This document shows, in pieces, positions 30,437 through 40,403 of a stretch of DNA of 64,000 nucleotides. Every line of letters starts with the position of its first letter. The stretch's first letter is position 1. Where the stretch lies: positions 13,604-77,603 of the IMG/VR virus record IMGVR_UViG_3300032006_002011. The stretch is one strand, 5' to 3'. Both the position numbers and the translations under genes were made by a program. The notes under the pieces were generated by a model that was given only the letters and a program-made list of their open reading frames with translations, was not told the DNA's origin and made no database searches. Source of the stretch: a virus.

Positions 30437-30847
30437 ATGGGAAAAGTTTTTAAAAGGTATAAAGGTAACGATAATACACCCACTCCGGTGAAGTCCAAAC
30501 CAATTCCAACCAATACCACCCCAATACCAACACCAACCCCAACGGTCGTTAAAAATAAACCACACCAAACACAAACCCCTTCGGCCGAGGAAACTCCCAA
30601 ACATGGGTTCTTTGGTCTTGCTAAAAATTTGGCAACTTCTTTAATAGCATGGCAAAAGGCGGGTAGACCCGTGGTAACATCGGAGCAATGGGATGCAAGA
30701 CTCGCAATATGCAGAGGTTGTGAATATTGGCAAGAAATAGGAACTACTAATGTAGCAAGATGCAAAAAGTGTGGGTGCAGTAGTGGGAAATTATTACTTG
30801 CAACTAGCAGATGCCCACTAAACCCACCAAAGTGGGATAGTGTATAA
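30437..30847 (+). CDS. Small Cys-rich putative metal-binding protein (DUF6171-like) with Pro-Thr linker
   Basis: RLAICRGCEYW...CKKCGC...CPLNPPKW; GAAAGG RBS. Confidence 0.7.
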   Translation: MGKVFKRYKGNDNTPTPVKSKPIPTNTTPIPTPTPTVVKNKPHQTQTPSAEETPKHGFFGLAKNLATSLIAWQKAGRPVVTSEQWDARLAICRGCEYWQEIGTTNVARCKKCGCSSGKLLLATSRCPLNPPKWDSV

Positions 30848-30914
30848 TTATAAAAACTCGGGTAAAAACGAGATAGATGAAACGAAAAGTATTTTTCAGT
30901 TATATTTATGGACA

Positions 30915-31112
30915 ATGAACGATGCTAACTATAAGTTGACTACTGTAAAAGTTTTGTCAGAAAACTACTCCGAATTTAAAATGAAAACCTTAAATTCAGA
31001 CATGACTTTGCAAAAATTGGTAAATCGTGCGATTCACTTATATTTGACTGATCCCGATTTCAAGAAACAACTTACCGACACTTCCCCGATAACTGATAAT
31101 AAAAAGTATTGA
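30915..31112 (+). CDS. Small ribbon-helix-helix-like protein
   Basis: LTTVKV strand followed by two helices (TLQKLVNRAIHLY); TATATTTAT at 30901. Confidence 0.55.
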   Translation: MNDANYKLTTVKVLSENYSEFKMKTLNSDMTLQKLVNRAIHLYLTDPDFKKQLTDTSPITDNKKY

Positions 31113-31141
31113 TTGACTTATCTACATAAACATAGTATTGT
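31113..31141 (+). promoter_or_regulatory. Sigma70-type promoter, predicted leaderless
   Basis: TTGACT-N17-TATTGT-N6-ATG. Confidence 0.5.
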
Positions 31142-31147
31142 TTAGGT

Positions 31148-31148
31148 A
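31148..31148 (+). other. Predicted transcription start coinciding with the ATG of the glycosyltransferase
   Basis: 6-nt spacing after the -10 hexamer. Confidence 0.3.
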
Positions 31149-32407
31149 TGAAGAAAAAGATATTGCTCCTTGGAGATGATATTCGAGTCGTGTCGGGGGT
31201 TTCCCGTATTTGCAAACAATTGATACTGTCGGGTATACACACATATGATTGGGTGCAGGTCGCTGCTCAAAAAAACAATCCCGACAACGGAAATGTAATT
31301 GATGTGTCAGATTCGGTCAATTCACTCATGGGTAGTGATGATGCTTATGTTAGACTTTATTGTACTTCGGGGTATGGAAACCAAGCAACTATACGACAGA
31401 TTCTAGCAGAAGAAAAACCCGATGCACTTTTACATGTAACTGATCCAAGATACTGGGGTTGGTTATATAGAATGGAAAACGAAATTAGAAAAAATATTCC
31501 ATTGTGTTATTATCATGTGTGGGACAACGAACCAGTTCCTTTGTATAATAAGACCATATACGAATCATGTGATTGGATTGGTTGTATCAGCAAGGTAACT
31601 CATAAATGTGTAGAGGGTGCAAGTGGGGTGAACAATCACTCATATGTCCCGCACGGAGTGGATACATCCACATATTGTCCATTAGATAAAGATGTATCTA
31701 TTAAGTGTAAGCAAAACTTACTTGAATCGTCCTGTGAGTTTATGCTATTTGTAAATAATGCAAACATGAGGCGTAAGCAGATGTTACTAACACTTGAAGC
31801 ATTTGATAAGTTTTGTAGTAAACTTAAACTAAGTGAATCGCAGTCTGTTGCGATAATGTTGCACACAAACCCAACTAATAATGTTGGTTCAAATCTAAAC
31901 ATTGCAATTGACAATTTATACCCAAACAGAAATATAATATTCTCCACGTCGGTGGTTTCCGATGAAACCCTAAACCAAATGTATAACTCGGCCGACGTGA
32001 CGTTAAACTTGGCAAGCAATGAAGGTTTTGGTCTGGCAACACTGGAATCACTTTCCGCAGGAACTCCGATAATAGTGAATAAGTCGGGTGGGTTGTCTGA
32101 GCAAATTGATGATGAAAACACTTGGGGAATTGGAATCAACCCAAAGGTGCGTAATTTAATAGGTAGTCCAAATGTTCCGTATATATACGATGATATATGT
32201 TGTGCGGATGACGTTGCTGAAGCAATATATGAAATGTATCAAAAAACCTACGAGGAAAGATGTACAATGGGTCTTGCTGGACGTGACTTTGTAATGAACT
32301 CGGGGTATACCAATCAAGATATGTGCGAAGGAATTTACACAGGTCTTGAAAGTGCAATAGATAATCATACCCCACGTGAAACATTCAGGTGCTTGAAAGT
32401 AACATAA
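31148..32407 (+). CDS. Glycosyltransferase family 4 (GT-B)
   Basis: VPHGVD, NMRRK, EGFGLATLESLSAGTP. Confidence 0.9.
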   Translation: MKKKILLLGDDIRVVSGVSRICKQLILSGIHTYDWVQVAAQKNNPDNGNVIDVSDSVNSLMGSDDAYVRLYCTSGYGNQATIRQILAEEKPDALLHVTDPRYWGWLYRMENEIRKNIPLCYYHVWDNEPVPLYNKTIYESCDWIGCISKVTHKCVEGASGVNNHSYVPHGVDTSTYCPLDKDVSIKCKQNLLESSCEFMLFVNNANMRRKQMLLTLEAFDKFCSKLKLSESQSVAIMLHTNPTNNVGSNLNIAIDNLYPNRNIIFSTSVVSDETLNQMYNSADVTLNLASNEGFGLATLESLSAGTPIIVNKSGGLSEQIDDENTWGIGINPKVRNLIGSPNVPYIYDDICCADDVAEAIYEMYQKTYEERCTMGLAGRDFVMNSGYTNQDMCEGIYTGLESAIDNHTPRETFRCLKVT

Positions 32408-33651
32408 TGAAAGAAAACAAAATATTATTTATAGGACCCGTTGCATCACGAAGTGGTTATGGAGAACATGCGCGTGAAATTGCAGACTATCTATGTAAGT
32501 GGGATGCGGACTTTCTCGTTACAAGTTGGGGAGATAATCCCATGACTGCACTTGAGAATGAAGATGAAATCACCAAGAAAATTACAGAACGAATTGTGCC
32601 GAAGGCAACGAAAGGTTCATATGACGTGTGTATTCACCTTGGTATGCCAACAGAATTTCAAAAAATTGGAAATTACAATATAGGAATTACTGCTGGAGTG
32701 GAAACGGATAGATGCCCAGTTCAGTTTTTAAAGGGATGCAATGATGTTGACTTGGTAATCGTACCTTCGGATTTTTCCAAAAGCACATTCTTGAATACAG
32801 AGTGTATAGAAGACGGAAAACAAATTAAATGCACAACTCCAATTGAAGTTATATCCGAAACAGTTAACCCAGCATTCCACTACAAGGAGAACGCACACTC
32901 AGACACATTAAATTCCAAACTAAATGCAATAACCGAAGATTTTTGTTTTATGTTTGTTGGTCAGTGGGTTTCATCTCAAACAGATGACGGGGGTCGGAAG
33001 AATGTAAATTCACTTATATCAACATTCTGTGAGACATTTAAAAACGAATCAAACCCACCTGCGTTAGTGTTGAAAACCAATGGAGTAGATTTCAGTTTAT
33101 TTGACGAGGTTAACACACGACAACTCATTGAATCCGTTACCGATAACTTTGAAAATCCTCCTAGCATTTATTTAATACACGGGGAATTAACAGAACATGA
33201 AATGGCATCATTATACAACCACCCCAAAATTAAATGCCACATCAGTCACACACGGGGAGAAGGATTTGGCAGACCTTTGTTGGAAGCATCGTTAAGTGGT
33301 AAACCCGTTATCGCACCCAAGTGGTCGGGTCACTTAGACTTTCTTCCCAAGAAAAATAACTTGTTGATTCCGGGTAAGATGAAACCAGTCGGAGTAGTTA
33401 ATTCACTATTTGCAGATGGTGCTCAATGGTTTGATGTGGACGTTGACCGCAGTCGTGAATTAATGAAAGATGTCTATGTAAATTACGACAAACATCAGAA
33501 ACGTGCAATTGCATTGGCAGATGATAATCTTGAAAAGTTTAGTAGAAAGTCAATATTTAATATATATGACAATATATTCAATCAATATATTCCCCCCAAG
33601 AAACGGGAAGTTGAATTGAAATTACCTAACATTAAAAAACTACCGACTTAA
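32407..33651 (+). CDS. Glycosyltransferase family 4 (GT-B)
   Basis: SGYGEHAR, GEGFGRPLLEA, WSGHLDF; start at the TAATG overlap. Confidence 0.9.
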   Translation: MKENKILFIGPVASRSGYGEHAREIADYLCKWDADFLVTSWGDNPMTALENEDEITKKITERIVPKATKGSYDVCIHLGMPTEFQKIGNYNIGITAGVETDRCPVQFLKGCNDVDLVIVPSDFSKSTFLNTECIEDGKQIKCTTPIEVISETVNPAFHYKENAHSDTLNSKLNAITEDFCFMFVGQWVSSQTDDGGRKNVNSLISTFCETFKNESNPPALVLKTNGVDFSLFDEVNTRQLIESVTDNFENPPSIYLIHGELTEHEMASLYNHPKIKCHISHTRGEGFGRPLLEASLSGKPVIAPKWSGHLDFLPKKNNLLIPGKMKPVGVVNSLFADGAQWFDVDVDRSRELMKDVYVNYDKHQKRAIALADDNLEKFSRKSIFNIYDNIFNQYIPPKKREVELKLPNIKKLPT

Positions 33652-33652
33652 A

Positions 33653-34375
33653 ATGAGAACTTTTTTTCCTGCATACCGACGTAAAATGGTGGCGGGATTT
33701 GTTCCCACCCACATATCACGGATACTTCGGGGTCAAATAATTACATTTAGATACCCCGAAGACAGAAACCGAGTACCAACGGGAGGAACAGGTACAGTAC
33801 CAAGATTGGTATTTGTTTTAAACAACCGAATCAATCCAAATGGTAACGGACGATTGTTACACGGATTAAATCTGTCTCACATACCTTGGGTGCAATTTAG
33901 AACATTTATTAAAAAACTAATGGTTCAAGATACCTTGACATTAATCAAAAGAAGATACGACATAAAAGCACCTATTAATGAATTGATTGAAAGACCCAAA
34001 ACATTCTACTCACAATATATTAAAACATATCTGGGGGATGTTCATTGTTATCGTACATATTTTGTACATTTAATAAAACAACCCAAAATGGGTATGCTAA
34101 ATTATGCTTCGATATTTCCACCTGCAAACAAAACTGCACGGGAGTTACTTGTCAGTAAAACCGAAACACTAAAAGATATACAGGAAGAAGTTAGAATATT
34201 AAATGATATTATTAACGTAAATACAATGAAATTAAAAGACGATAATTTTAAGCAAATAATAATGTCTCGGTTTGGTAGTGTTGAAAACTTTGTGGAAGCT
34301 GTTCTTGATATCGAAAACTATATAGATGAAACTTCTACAACTGACATGAACGAGATAGACGATTTATTAAAATGA
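33653..34375 (+). CDS. Hypothetical protein, weak resemblance to T4 gp2 DNA-end protector
   Basis: ITFRY...PRLVFVL...LHGLNLSH...CYRTY pattern. Confidence 0.4.
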   Translation: MRTFFPAYRRKMVAGFVPTHISRILRGQIITFRYPEDRNRVPTGGTGTVPRLVFVLNNRINPNGNGRLLHGLNLSHIPWVQFRTFIKKLMVQDTLTLIKRRYDIKAPINELIERPKTFYSQYIKTYLGDVHCYRTYFVHLIKQPKMGMLNYASIFPPANKTARELLVSKTETLKDIQEEVRILNDIINVNTMKLKDDNFKQIIMSRFGSVENFVEAVLDIENYIDETSTTDMNEIDDLLK

Positions 34376-35046
34376 GCAAATCAATAAGTTATGCAATAAC
34401 CACCCACAACGAAACCGATGTATTGGGCGAGTTGATAAATACTTTACAAGCGTATATAAAAGAAGAGGATGAGATGGTTATACTTGATGATCATTCAGAT
34501 AACCCACAAACTTGCAATATACTAAAGAACTTACCAAACGTACATAAATCAAAGTTCACCGGCAATTATGCCGACCACAAAAATAACTTAAACAACAAAT
34601 GTAAAAAGGATTATATTTTTCAGTTGGACGGTGATGAAGTTCCCACCGAATTGTTATTATACAATATAAAAGAAATTATAAACTCAAACGATGTTGATTT
34701 AATTTACTTGCCACGGGAAAACATAATAAACGGCATTGAGGACTTTCATCTTAAAAAGTGGAAATGGTCAAAGGATGACAAAGACCGAATAAACTACCCA
34801 GACTTTCAAGGAAGGGTTTACAGAAATACAGAGCAGATTAAGTGGGAAAGACCACTACATGAATACATAACAGGTCATGTAACTTGGTCAAAGATCCCAC
34901 CAAACTCGGGATTGGATCTTATTCATATAAAGGACATAGAAGTTCAAGTACAAAGCAACAACAGATACGACAACGACTACGATAGAAATGATAACTTTTC
35001 TTATCGTCAATCGGTCACCAAGCAGAAAGATGAAGACGGAAAATGA
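34372..35046 (+). CDS. Glycosyltransferase family 2
   Basis: ISYAITTHNE, ILDD.S, FQLDGDE, LHE. Confidence 0.9.
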   Translation: MSKSISYAITTHNETDVLGELINTLQAYIKEEDEMVILDDHSDNPQTCNILKNLPNVHKSKFTGNYADHKNNLNNKCKKDYIFQLDGDEVPTELLLYNIKEIINSNDVDLIYLPRENIINGIEDFHLKKWKWSKDDKDRINYPDFQGRVYRNTEQIKWERPLHEYITGHVTWSKIPPNSGLDLIHIKDIEVQVQSNNRYDNDYDRNDNFSYRQSVTKQKDEDGK

Positions 35047-36817
35047 AAAGCACCAAGACGATAAACTTGGAGTAGTATGTTGTTATTTCAATCCATGTAA
35101 TTATCTTTCGCGATATATAAACTTTATATCATTCTATCAAGGTCTTCGTGAATATCCAAATATCAAGTTGCTTGTTGTAGAGTCTTATTCAGATTCTTCA
35201 AAATATAGAATATCAAAAGTTTGTCCTGACGTAATATCAATAGAATCTTCCGAGATATATTGGCAAAAGGAGCAACTCCTTAATATAGGACTTGAAAAAT
35301 TATACAAGGAAGGATATGAATGTATAACTTGTCTCGATGCGGATATAGAATTTTCAAATAAAGATTGGGTAGAAAACTCAATCTCTGCAATACGAGAATA
35401 TAAAATGGTTCAGTTATTTGATAAATGTATCAAAAAACTACCGAATAGTAAAAAACGCATTATCTCAAAATCTACGTGTGCGTATTTTAAGAATCAACTT
35501 CCTCCTGTCGATAAACTTCTGCAACGACCAGGAGAACCTGGGTTTGCATATGGCTACCACTCCAGTATACTAGAAACTTTTAGATTATACGAAAATGCCA
35601 TTATGGGTTCGGGTGATTTCCTGAACTTGTTGGGGTGTATTTATGATGGGAATGATTTGTCTGTCATGAAATCAGATAGATTTTTTGCAGGAGGCAATGA
35701 AGAATTTTTCAATGATTATATAGAGTGGGTATCTCGTAATGATTTGGAAATCGGTGAAATTAACACCGCAAACAATACAATCTATGTTGAATACCACGGC
35801 GAATATATGAAACGTTCTTATGTAGGACGAGAAGTAATATTAAAAAGAACCAACTACAATCCCAAGGAAGATGTAACTTTATTAAAAACGGGATTGTATA
35901 AAATCAACAACCAATCTTTGAGACAACAAATTTTATCCTACTTTCAGTCTAGAGATGAAGATGGTTTTATCGGAGTGGTTAACCGAAATCGTCCGTTTAG
36001 AAATAAGATATTAAAATTAATACTAAACAACAACCCCGATTATGATATAACTCAAACAGAACTTGATAATTTGAATGAACTTGAATACAAAGAACCACCT
36101 GAACTTCATTGTGATATTCCCAAACTTTCAAACGACACAAATCGTGTGGTGATTGCATCAAAGACAACCGAGGAATTTTTCGCGGTCAAAAGAATCTCAG
36201 CTGACGAACACATTGTGGTAGATAAATCAAAATACCCACAGAGAAATACAATCAAATCAACAAATGGTTCAGGAGACGCAGAAACATACTTAAGTTTCAT
36301 AATCAAAAATTATGAAATTTTACCCGAGTGTTGTGTGTTTATATCAGATAATCTTAAAAGAAAAACAAGAGAGTATCAACCTTTGGTCAACAAAGTCTTG
36401 AAAACAAACCCGACCCCCGATGACAAATTAATCTATATAGTTGATTCATACAACACAATATATGTTGATAAAACTATTCATATAAAGGGTACTATAAAAG
36501 TAACGCATAAAACCAAGCAATATGTAAACTCATTGATGCCGAGTAATTACAACTATACAAACTGGGTGGAACACTTTATATCCAAGGAGAAGTTTCAAGT
36601 ACTAAATAGGAGTGTAAACAAACTCACACAGACAATGATACTGAAAGATGGAGTCCAATTAAAATATAATCCGAATAATTCATTCTTAATAAGTGGTGAT
36701 AAAATTAGAAACCGAGAAAAGTCATTTTATGAAACACTATACTCTCGGTTGGTTGGAGAACACAATACAGAGGAATCGTTATATATAAACAGAAGTTGGG
36801 ATATTATATTCAAATGA
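35030..36817 (+). CDS. GT-A-fold glycosyltransferase fused to a DUF3431-like domain
   Basis: WQKEQLLN, LDAD, MGSGD; C-terminal GDAETYLSFIIKNYEILP...FLISGDKIRNREKSFY. Confidence 0.65.
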   Translation: MKTENEKHQDDKLGVVCCYFNPCNYLSRYINFISFYQGLREYPNIKLLVVESYSDSSKYRISKVCPDVISIESSEIYWQKEQLLNIGLEKLYKEGYECITCLDADIEFSNKDWVENSISAIREYKMVQLFDKCIKKLPNSKKRIISKSTCAYFKNQLPPVDKLLQRPGEPGFAYGYHSSILETFRLYENAIMGSGDFLNLLGCIYDGNDLSVMKSDRFFAGGNEEFFNDYIEWVSRNDLEIGEINTANNTIYVEYHGEYMKRSYVGREVILKRTNYNPKEDVTLLKTGLYKINNQSLRQQILSYFQSRDEDGFIGVVNRNRPFRNKILKLILNNNPDYDITQTELDNLNELEYKEPPELHCDIPKLSNDTNRVVIASKTTEEFFAVKRISADEHIVVDKSKYPQRNTIKSTNGSGDAETYLSFIIKNYEILPECCVFISDNLKRKTREYQPLVNKVLKTNPTPDDKLIYIVDSYNTIYVDKTIHIKGTIKVTHKTKQYVNSLMPSNYNYTNWVEHFISKEKFQVLNRSVNKLTQTMILKDGVQLKYNPNNSFLISGDKIRNREKSFYETLYSRLVGEHNTEESLYINRSWDIIFK

Positions 36818-37674
36818 TAATCATATCAATACATCTGTTTCCACACGAAATAAAAAGATTTAGGCGTATCGTCCAAACTTTTAAAAAGTCCGTTCCGTAT
36901 ATAGAAGACACCTCCCAAATAAAAATGTTAGTTACTCTAAATACGAACTCTAAGTTAATTGACTGGGGTACTGAATCTGATGATATAGTATGTGCGGAGT
37001 TTGAAGAAATATGCAAAACAATTCCGTTTGCAGTTTGTTGGGAAATAAAAAACGAACCCACTTATTTGGGAGTTAACGAACACAGAAGAAATTCTATACA
37101 CACATCCTTGCTTGGTGATACAATAATATTTCTAGACACAGATTTATACTTTGAAGAGCGACTTCTTGCACACCAAATAAATGCAATAAGTTTAATTAAA
37201 ACATTAAATGAGTATTATGTAATATCCCCACAGATATTAAGATTATGGGATGCTACGTGGGATTGTATAGTTAATAAAAAATATCTAGATAAACCACTTG
37301 ATTATTACAAAACCGCAACTCCAATAGATCATGTAAACGTAGACCACGGAAGTGTTGGGGTACTTCCCATTCAAACTTTCAAATGGGGTGGTGGTTGGTT
37401 CAATGCAATTTCCGCAAACCTTTTAAAATACATTGGACTACCCGAGTCATTTGTGGGATACGGACCCGATGACACATTTGTCATGGAGTGTTGTAAGATA
37501 ATGAAAAAGCATAACAAAGACATACAACAATATGTGCTTTCAAATATGATAGTAATGGAAGATCAAGAACCCATTGAAAGTTCAATAAAACTTAAAAACA
37601 ACACTCTCAACTTTAGAGAAGAATGTAACAAACACTTTTTATCCGAGATTTCCAAGTTTACACAAAAACTATAA
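36814..37674 (+). CDS. GT-A-fold glycosyltransferase
   Basis: FLDTD, GGGWF, GYGPDDTF. Confidence 0.7.
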   Translation: MIIISIHLFPHEIKRFRRIVQTFKKSVPYIEDTSQIKMLVTLNTNSKLIDWGTESDDIVCAEFEEICKTIPFAVCWEIKNEPTYLGVNEHRRNSIHTSLLGDTIIFLDTDLYFEERLLAHQINAISLIKTLNEYYVISPQILRLWDATWDCIVNKKYLDKPLDYYKTATPIDHVNVDHGSVGVLPIQTFKWGGGWFNAISANLLKYIGLPESFVGYGPDDTFVMECCKIMKKHNKDIQQYVLSNMIVMEDQEPIESSIKLKNNTLNFREECNKHFLSEISKFTQKL

Positions 37675-37687
37675 AAATTTCATATAT

Positions 37688-38500
37688 ATGGATATGAAAC
37701 TGCGACATATTCTAACCTCAGGAACCATCCTTGCACTGGCACTTATGAACCAGGGTTGCTTTAATGTAACATGGGGATTAAAAGAACAACGAACAGAAAT
37801 TGCAGGAGAAATTGCAAGAAAAGAAGGTGAACTAGACCGGCACACAAGAGCATTCGTTTCGGGAACTGTAGACGCCCTGTCCCTTTCAGAAGAGAAATCC
37901 AAGGAAGATTTGGTGGCACTTAATCTCGCACAAAAGGCACAAGAAATAATCGGACTACCACAACCGGGTGATAAAATTCATGTTGAAGACGTAATCAATC
38001 AAAACGAACTTGCTTTGGAAAATCTATCCGACAGAGACACCGATGTCATTAAACTTAGCAGACGAAAGGAAATGCTCGGCCACGACTTAAAGGATACCGA
38101 AGAAAAACTTATTAGTTTGGGAGAACTCAAAGCACAAGAAGAAAAAGACGGATTCTTTTCCTCATTGTGGGGGTGGTTAACGGGAACATTCGGCTTACTC
38201 GGAGCAATCGCAGTTTGCATAATAGCAGGTCCTGCATTGCTCCCACTCATAACCCAATTATTCGGTTGGTTGGTAGGTAAGATACCAGGACTAATTACAT
38301 GGTTGGGAATTACAAGTAGTAGGATGACAAGTAATATCATTAAGGGTGTCCACGATGCCAAAGAAAAAATTCGTGCGGTGGAAGATGACAAGAAATTCAG
38401 TAAGAACGAAGTTTTGGGAATATTCGGTTCATCTCTTGGAAACTCAACCAATGACACCGACAAAAATGTCATTGCGAGAATAAAACGCAGATTCAAGTAA
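37688..38500 (+). CDS. Lipoprotein with C-terminal transmembrane segment (u-spanin-like topology)
   Basis: Signal peptide ending MNQG-C, helical middle, hydrophobic LWGWLTGTFGLLGAIAVCIIAG segment. Confidence 0.55.
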   Translation: MDMKLRHILTSGTILALALMNQGCFNVTWGLKEQRTEIAGEIARKEGELDRHTRAFVSGTVDALSLSEEKSKEDLVALNLAQKAQEIIGLPQPGDKIHVEDVINQNELALENLSDRDTDVIKLSRRKEMLGHDLKDTEEKLISLGELKAQEEKDGFFSSLWGWLTGTFGLLGAIAVCIIAGPALLPLITQLFGWLVGKIPGLITWLGITSSRMTSNIIKGVHDAKEKIRAVEDDKKFSKNEVLGIFGSSLGNSTNDTDKNVIARIKRRFK

Positions 38501-38570
38501 TAAACCCCCACCTTTGTTATATTTATAACAAAAGGTTATACCGCATTTTAATTTATGGAGATTGCGTTAT

Positions 38571-39446
38571 ATGAAGATTGGAGTTGTTGGTAATGGGTTC
38601 GTGGGTCATGCAATGACATTGCTTAGACCACACGTTGAAGTATTGGTATGGGACATAGTTGCCGAAAAGAGAGATCCAAAGACATTGGATATTGAAACAT
38701 TTGTCGAAGAGTCCGAAATTATTTTCGTTGCAGTTCCTACACCGATGAATTCAGATGGTAGTTGCAACCTAAACATTGTTCGTGACGTATGCGAAGAAAT
38801 ACAAGAAATAGATGACACCAAGTATATAGTGTTACGTTCTACAGTTCCTCCTGGAACAAGTGAAGAACTTGACGTGGCATTCATGCCGGAATTCCTCACG
38901 GAAAAGAATTGGAAAACCGATTTTAAAAATTGCGATCAATGGATACTTGGTTCAACCGATCCGTTCTTGTATGAAAAAATGAAACGTATGTTTGAACTTG
39001 CCCACGACAATGGTAATGGTTCGGTAATAAACAAGAGCGTTATTCAGTGCAAACCAAGTGAAGCAGAAATGATAAAGTATTTAAAGAACGTATTTCTTAG
39101 TGTTAAGGTTGGGTTCTTTAACGAACTTGAGTCAATATGCTCAGAGTTGGACATTAATTATGAAAATGTTCGTTGTATCGCAACCCAAGATAAACGAATT
39201 GGAAGTGGTCATACTAAAGTTCCTGGACATGATGGACACCGAGGTTTCGGTGGAACGTGTTTCCCAAAGGACACCAATGCACTCGCAAGTTTTGCAGAAG
39301 ACAATATGATACCAACTCCGATTCTTGATGCGGTTATCAAAAGAAATGAAGAACTTGATCGTCCAGAAAAAGATTGGATGGCAGATAAAGGTCGAGCAGT
39401 CTCCGCAGAAATCAAATCAAAGAAATCCAAAAAAGAAACCGAGTAA
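38571..39446 (+). CDS. ugd: UDP-glucose/GDP-mannose dehydrogenase (short phage form)
   Basis: GNGFVG, VPTP, RSTVPPGT, PEFL, GFGGTCFPKD. Confidence 0.9.
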   Translation: MKIGVVGNGFVGHAMTLLRPHVEVLVWDIVAEKRDPKTLDIETFVEESEIIFVAVPTPMNSDGSCNLNIVRDVCEEIQEIDDTKYIVLRSTVPPGTSEELDVAFMPEFLTEKNWKTDFKNCDQWILGSTDPFLYEKMKRMFELAHDNGNGSVINKSVIQCKPSEAEMIKYLKNVFLSVKVGFFNELESICSELDINYENVRCIATQDKRIGSGHTKVPGHDGHRGFGGTCFPKDTNALASFAEDNMIPTPILDAVIKRNEELDRPEKDWMADKGRAVSAEIKSKKSKKETE

Positions 39447-39449
39447 GAT

Positions 39450-40403
39450 ATGGACTACTACGATTTCTTTAATGGTGATGCGGATGGTATCATAAGTCTA
39501 CATCAATACAGAACGCACTATCCAAAGAACTCCAAGTTGTTTACTGGAGTCAAACGTGACGTGAAGTTACTTAGACATTGTACCGACATAAAAGACTCCA
39601 TGTTTACTGTGTTTGATATATCCTTGCTTTCCAATGCAGACTATATAAAACCAATATTGGATAATGGAAATCATGTCAAGTGGTTTGACCACCATGAACC
39701 AGGTGAAACGGAACTGGGAGATAACTTTAGCATCAAGGTGGATGCAGACCCCAATTGTTGCACAAACATATTGGTTGATGAGTATTTGAATGGTTTGTAT
39801 CGTCCGTGGACAATATGTGGAATATATGGAGATAACCTCCACGAACAAGCAGACAAATTTAATCCATGCTTCAACAAAGAGTCAATGAACAAATTAAAGG
39901 AAGTTGGTGAAACATTAAACTACAATGGATATGGAAACGAGGAACTTGACTTGACTGTTCACCCCAAAGACGTATATCTTGACCTGAAGGATTATGAATC
40001 TCCGTTCGAATACAGAAAGAAGTCGGAAACCTATCACAAGATTCACACACAGATGACCTCAGACGAAGCAGAATTAAGTTCTTCGGAAATTATATACGAT
40101 ACGGAAGTTGGAATGGTTATCATCTTACCCAACACAAGAGCATCAATAAGATATTCGGGAATTTATAGCAATCAACAAACAACAGATAATCCAGACAAAG
40201 CATTTGCAATACTTACTTCAGTAGACGGAGGGAACTACCGCATCAGCATTCGTTCACCAAAAACAAATCCATACGGAGCAAGCAAACTGGCATTGCAGTT
40301 TCCAACGGGGGGTGGGCGTGAGAAAGCTGCGGGAATAAACGAACTCCCAAAGTCAGAACTAATAAATTTTATTTCAAAGTTTGAAGAAGTATACGGAAAA
40401 TGA
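39450..40403 (+). CDS. DHH/DHHA1 phosphoesterase
   Basis: NGDADG, WFDHH, GGGREKAAG. Confidence 0.85.
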   Translation: MDYYDFFNGDADGIISLHQYRTHYPKNSKLFTGVKRDVKLLRHCTDIKDSMFTVFDISLLSNADYIKPILDNGNHVKWFDHHEPGETELGDNFSIKVDADPNCCTNILVDEYLNGLYRPWTICGIYGDNLHEQADKFNPCFNKESMNKLKEVGETLNYNGYGNEELDLTVHPKDVYLDLKDYESPFEYRKKSETYHKIHTQMTSDEAELSSSEIIYDTEVGMVIILPNTRASIRYSGIYSNQQTTDNPDKAFAILTSVDGGNYRISIRSPKTNPYGASKLALQFPTGGGREKAAGINELPKSELINFISKFEEVYGK

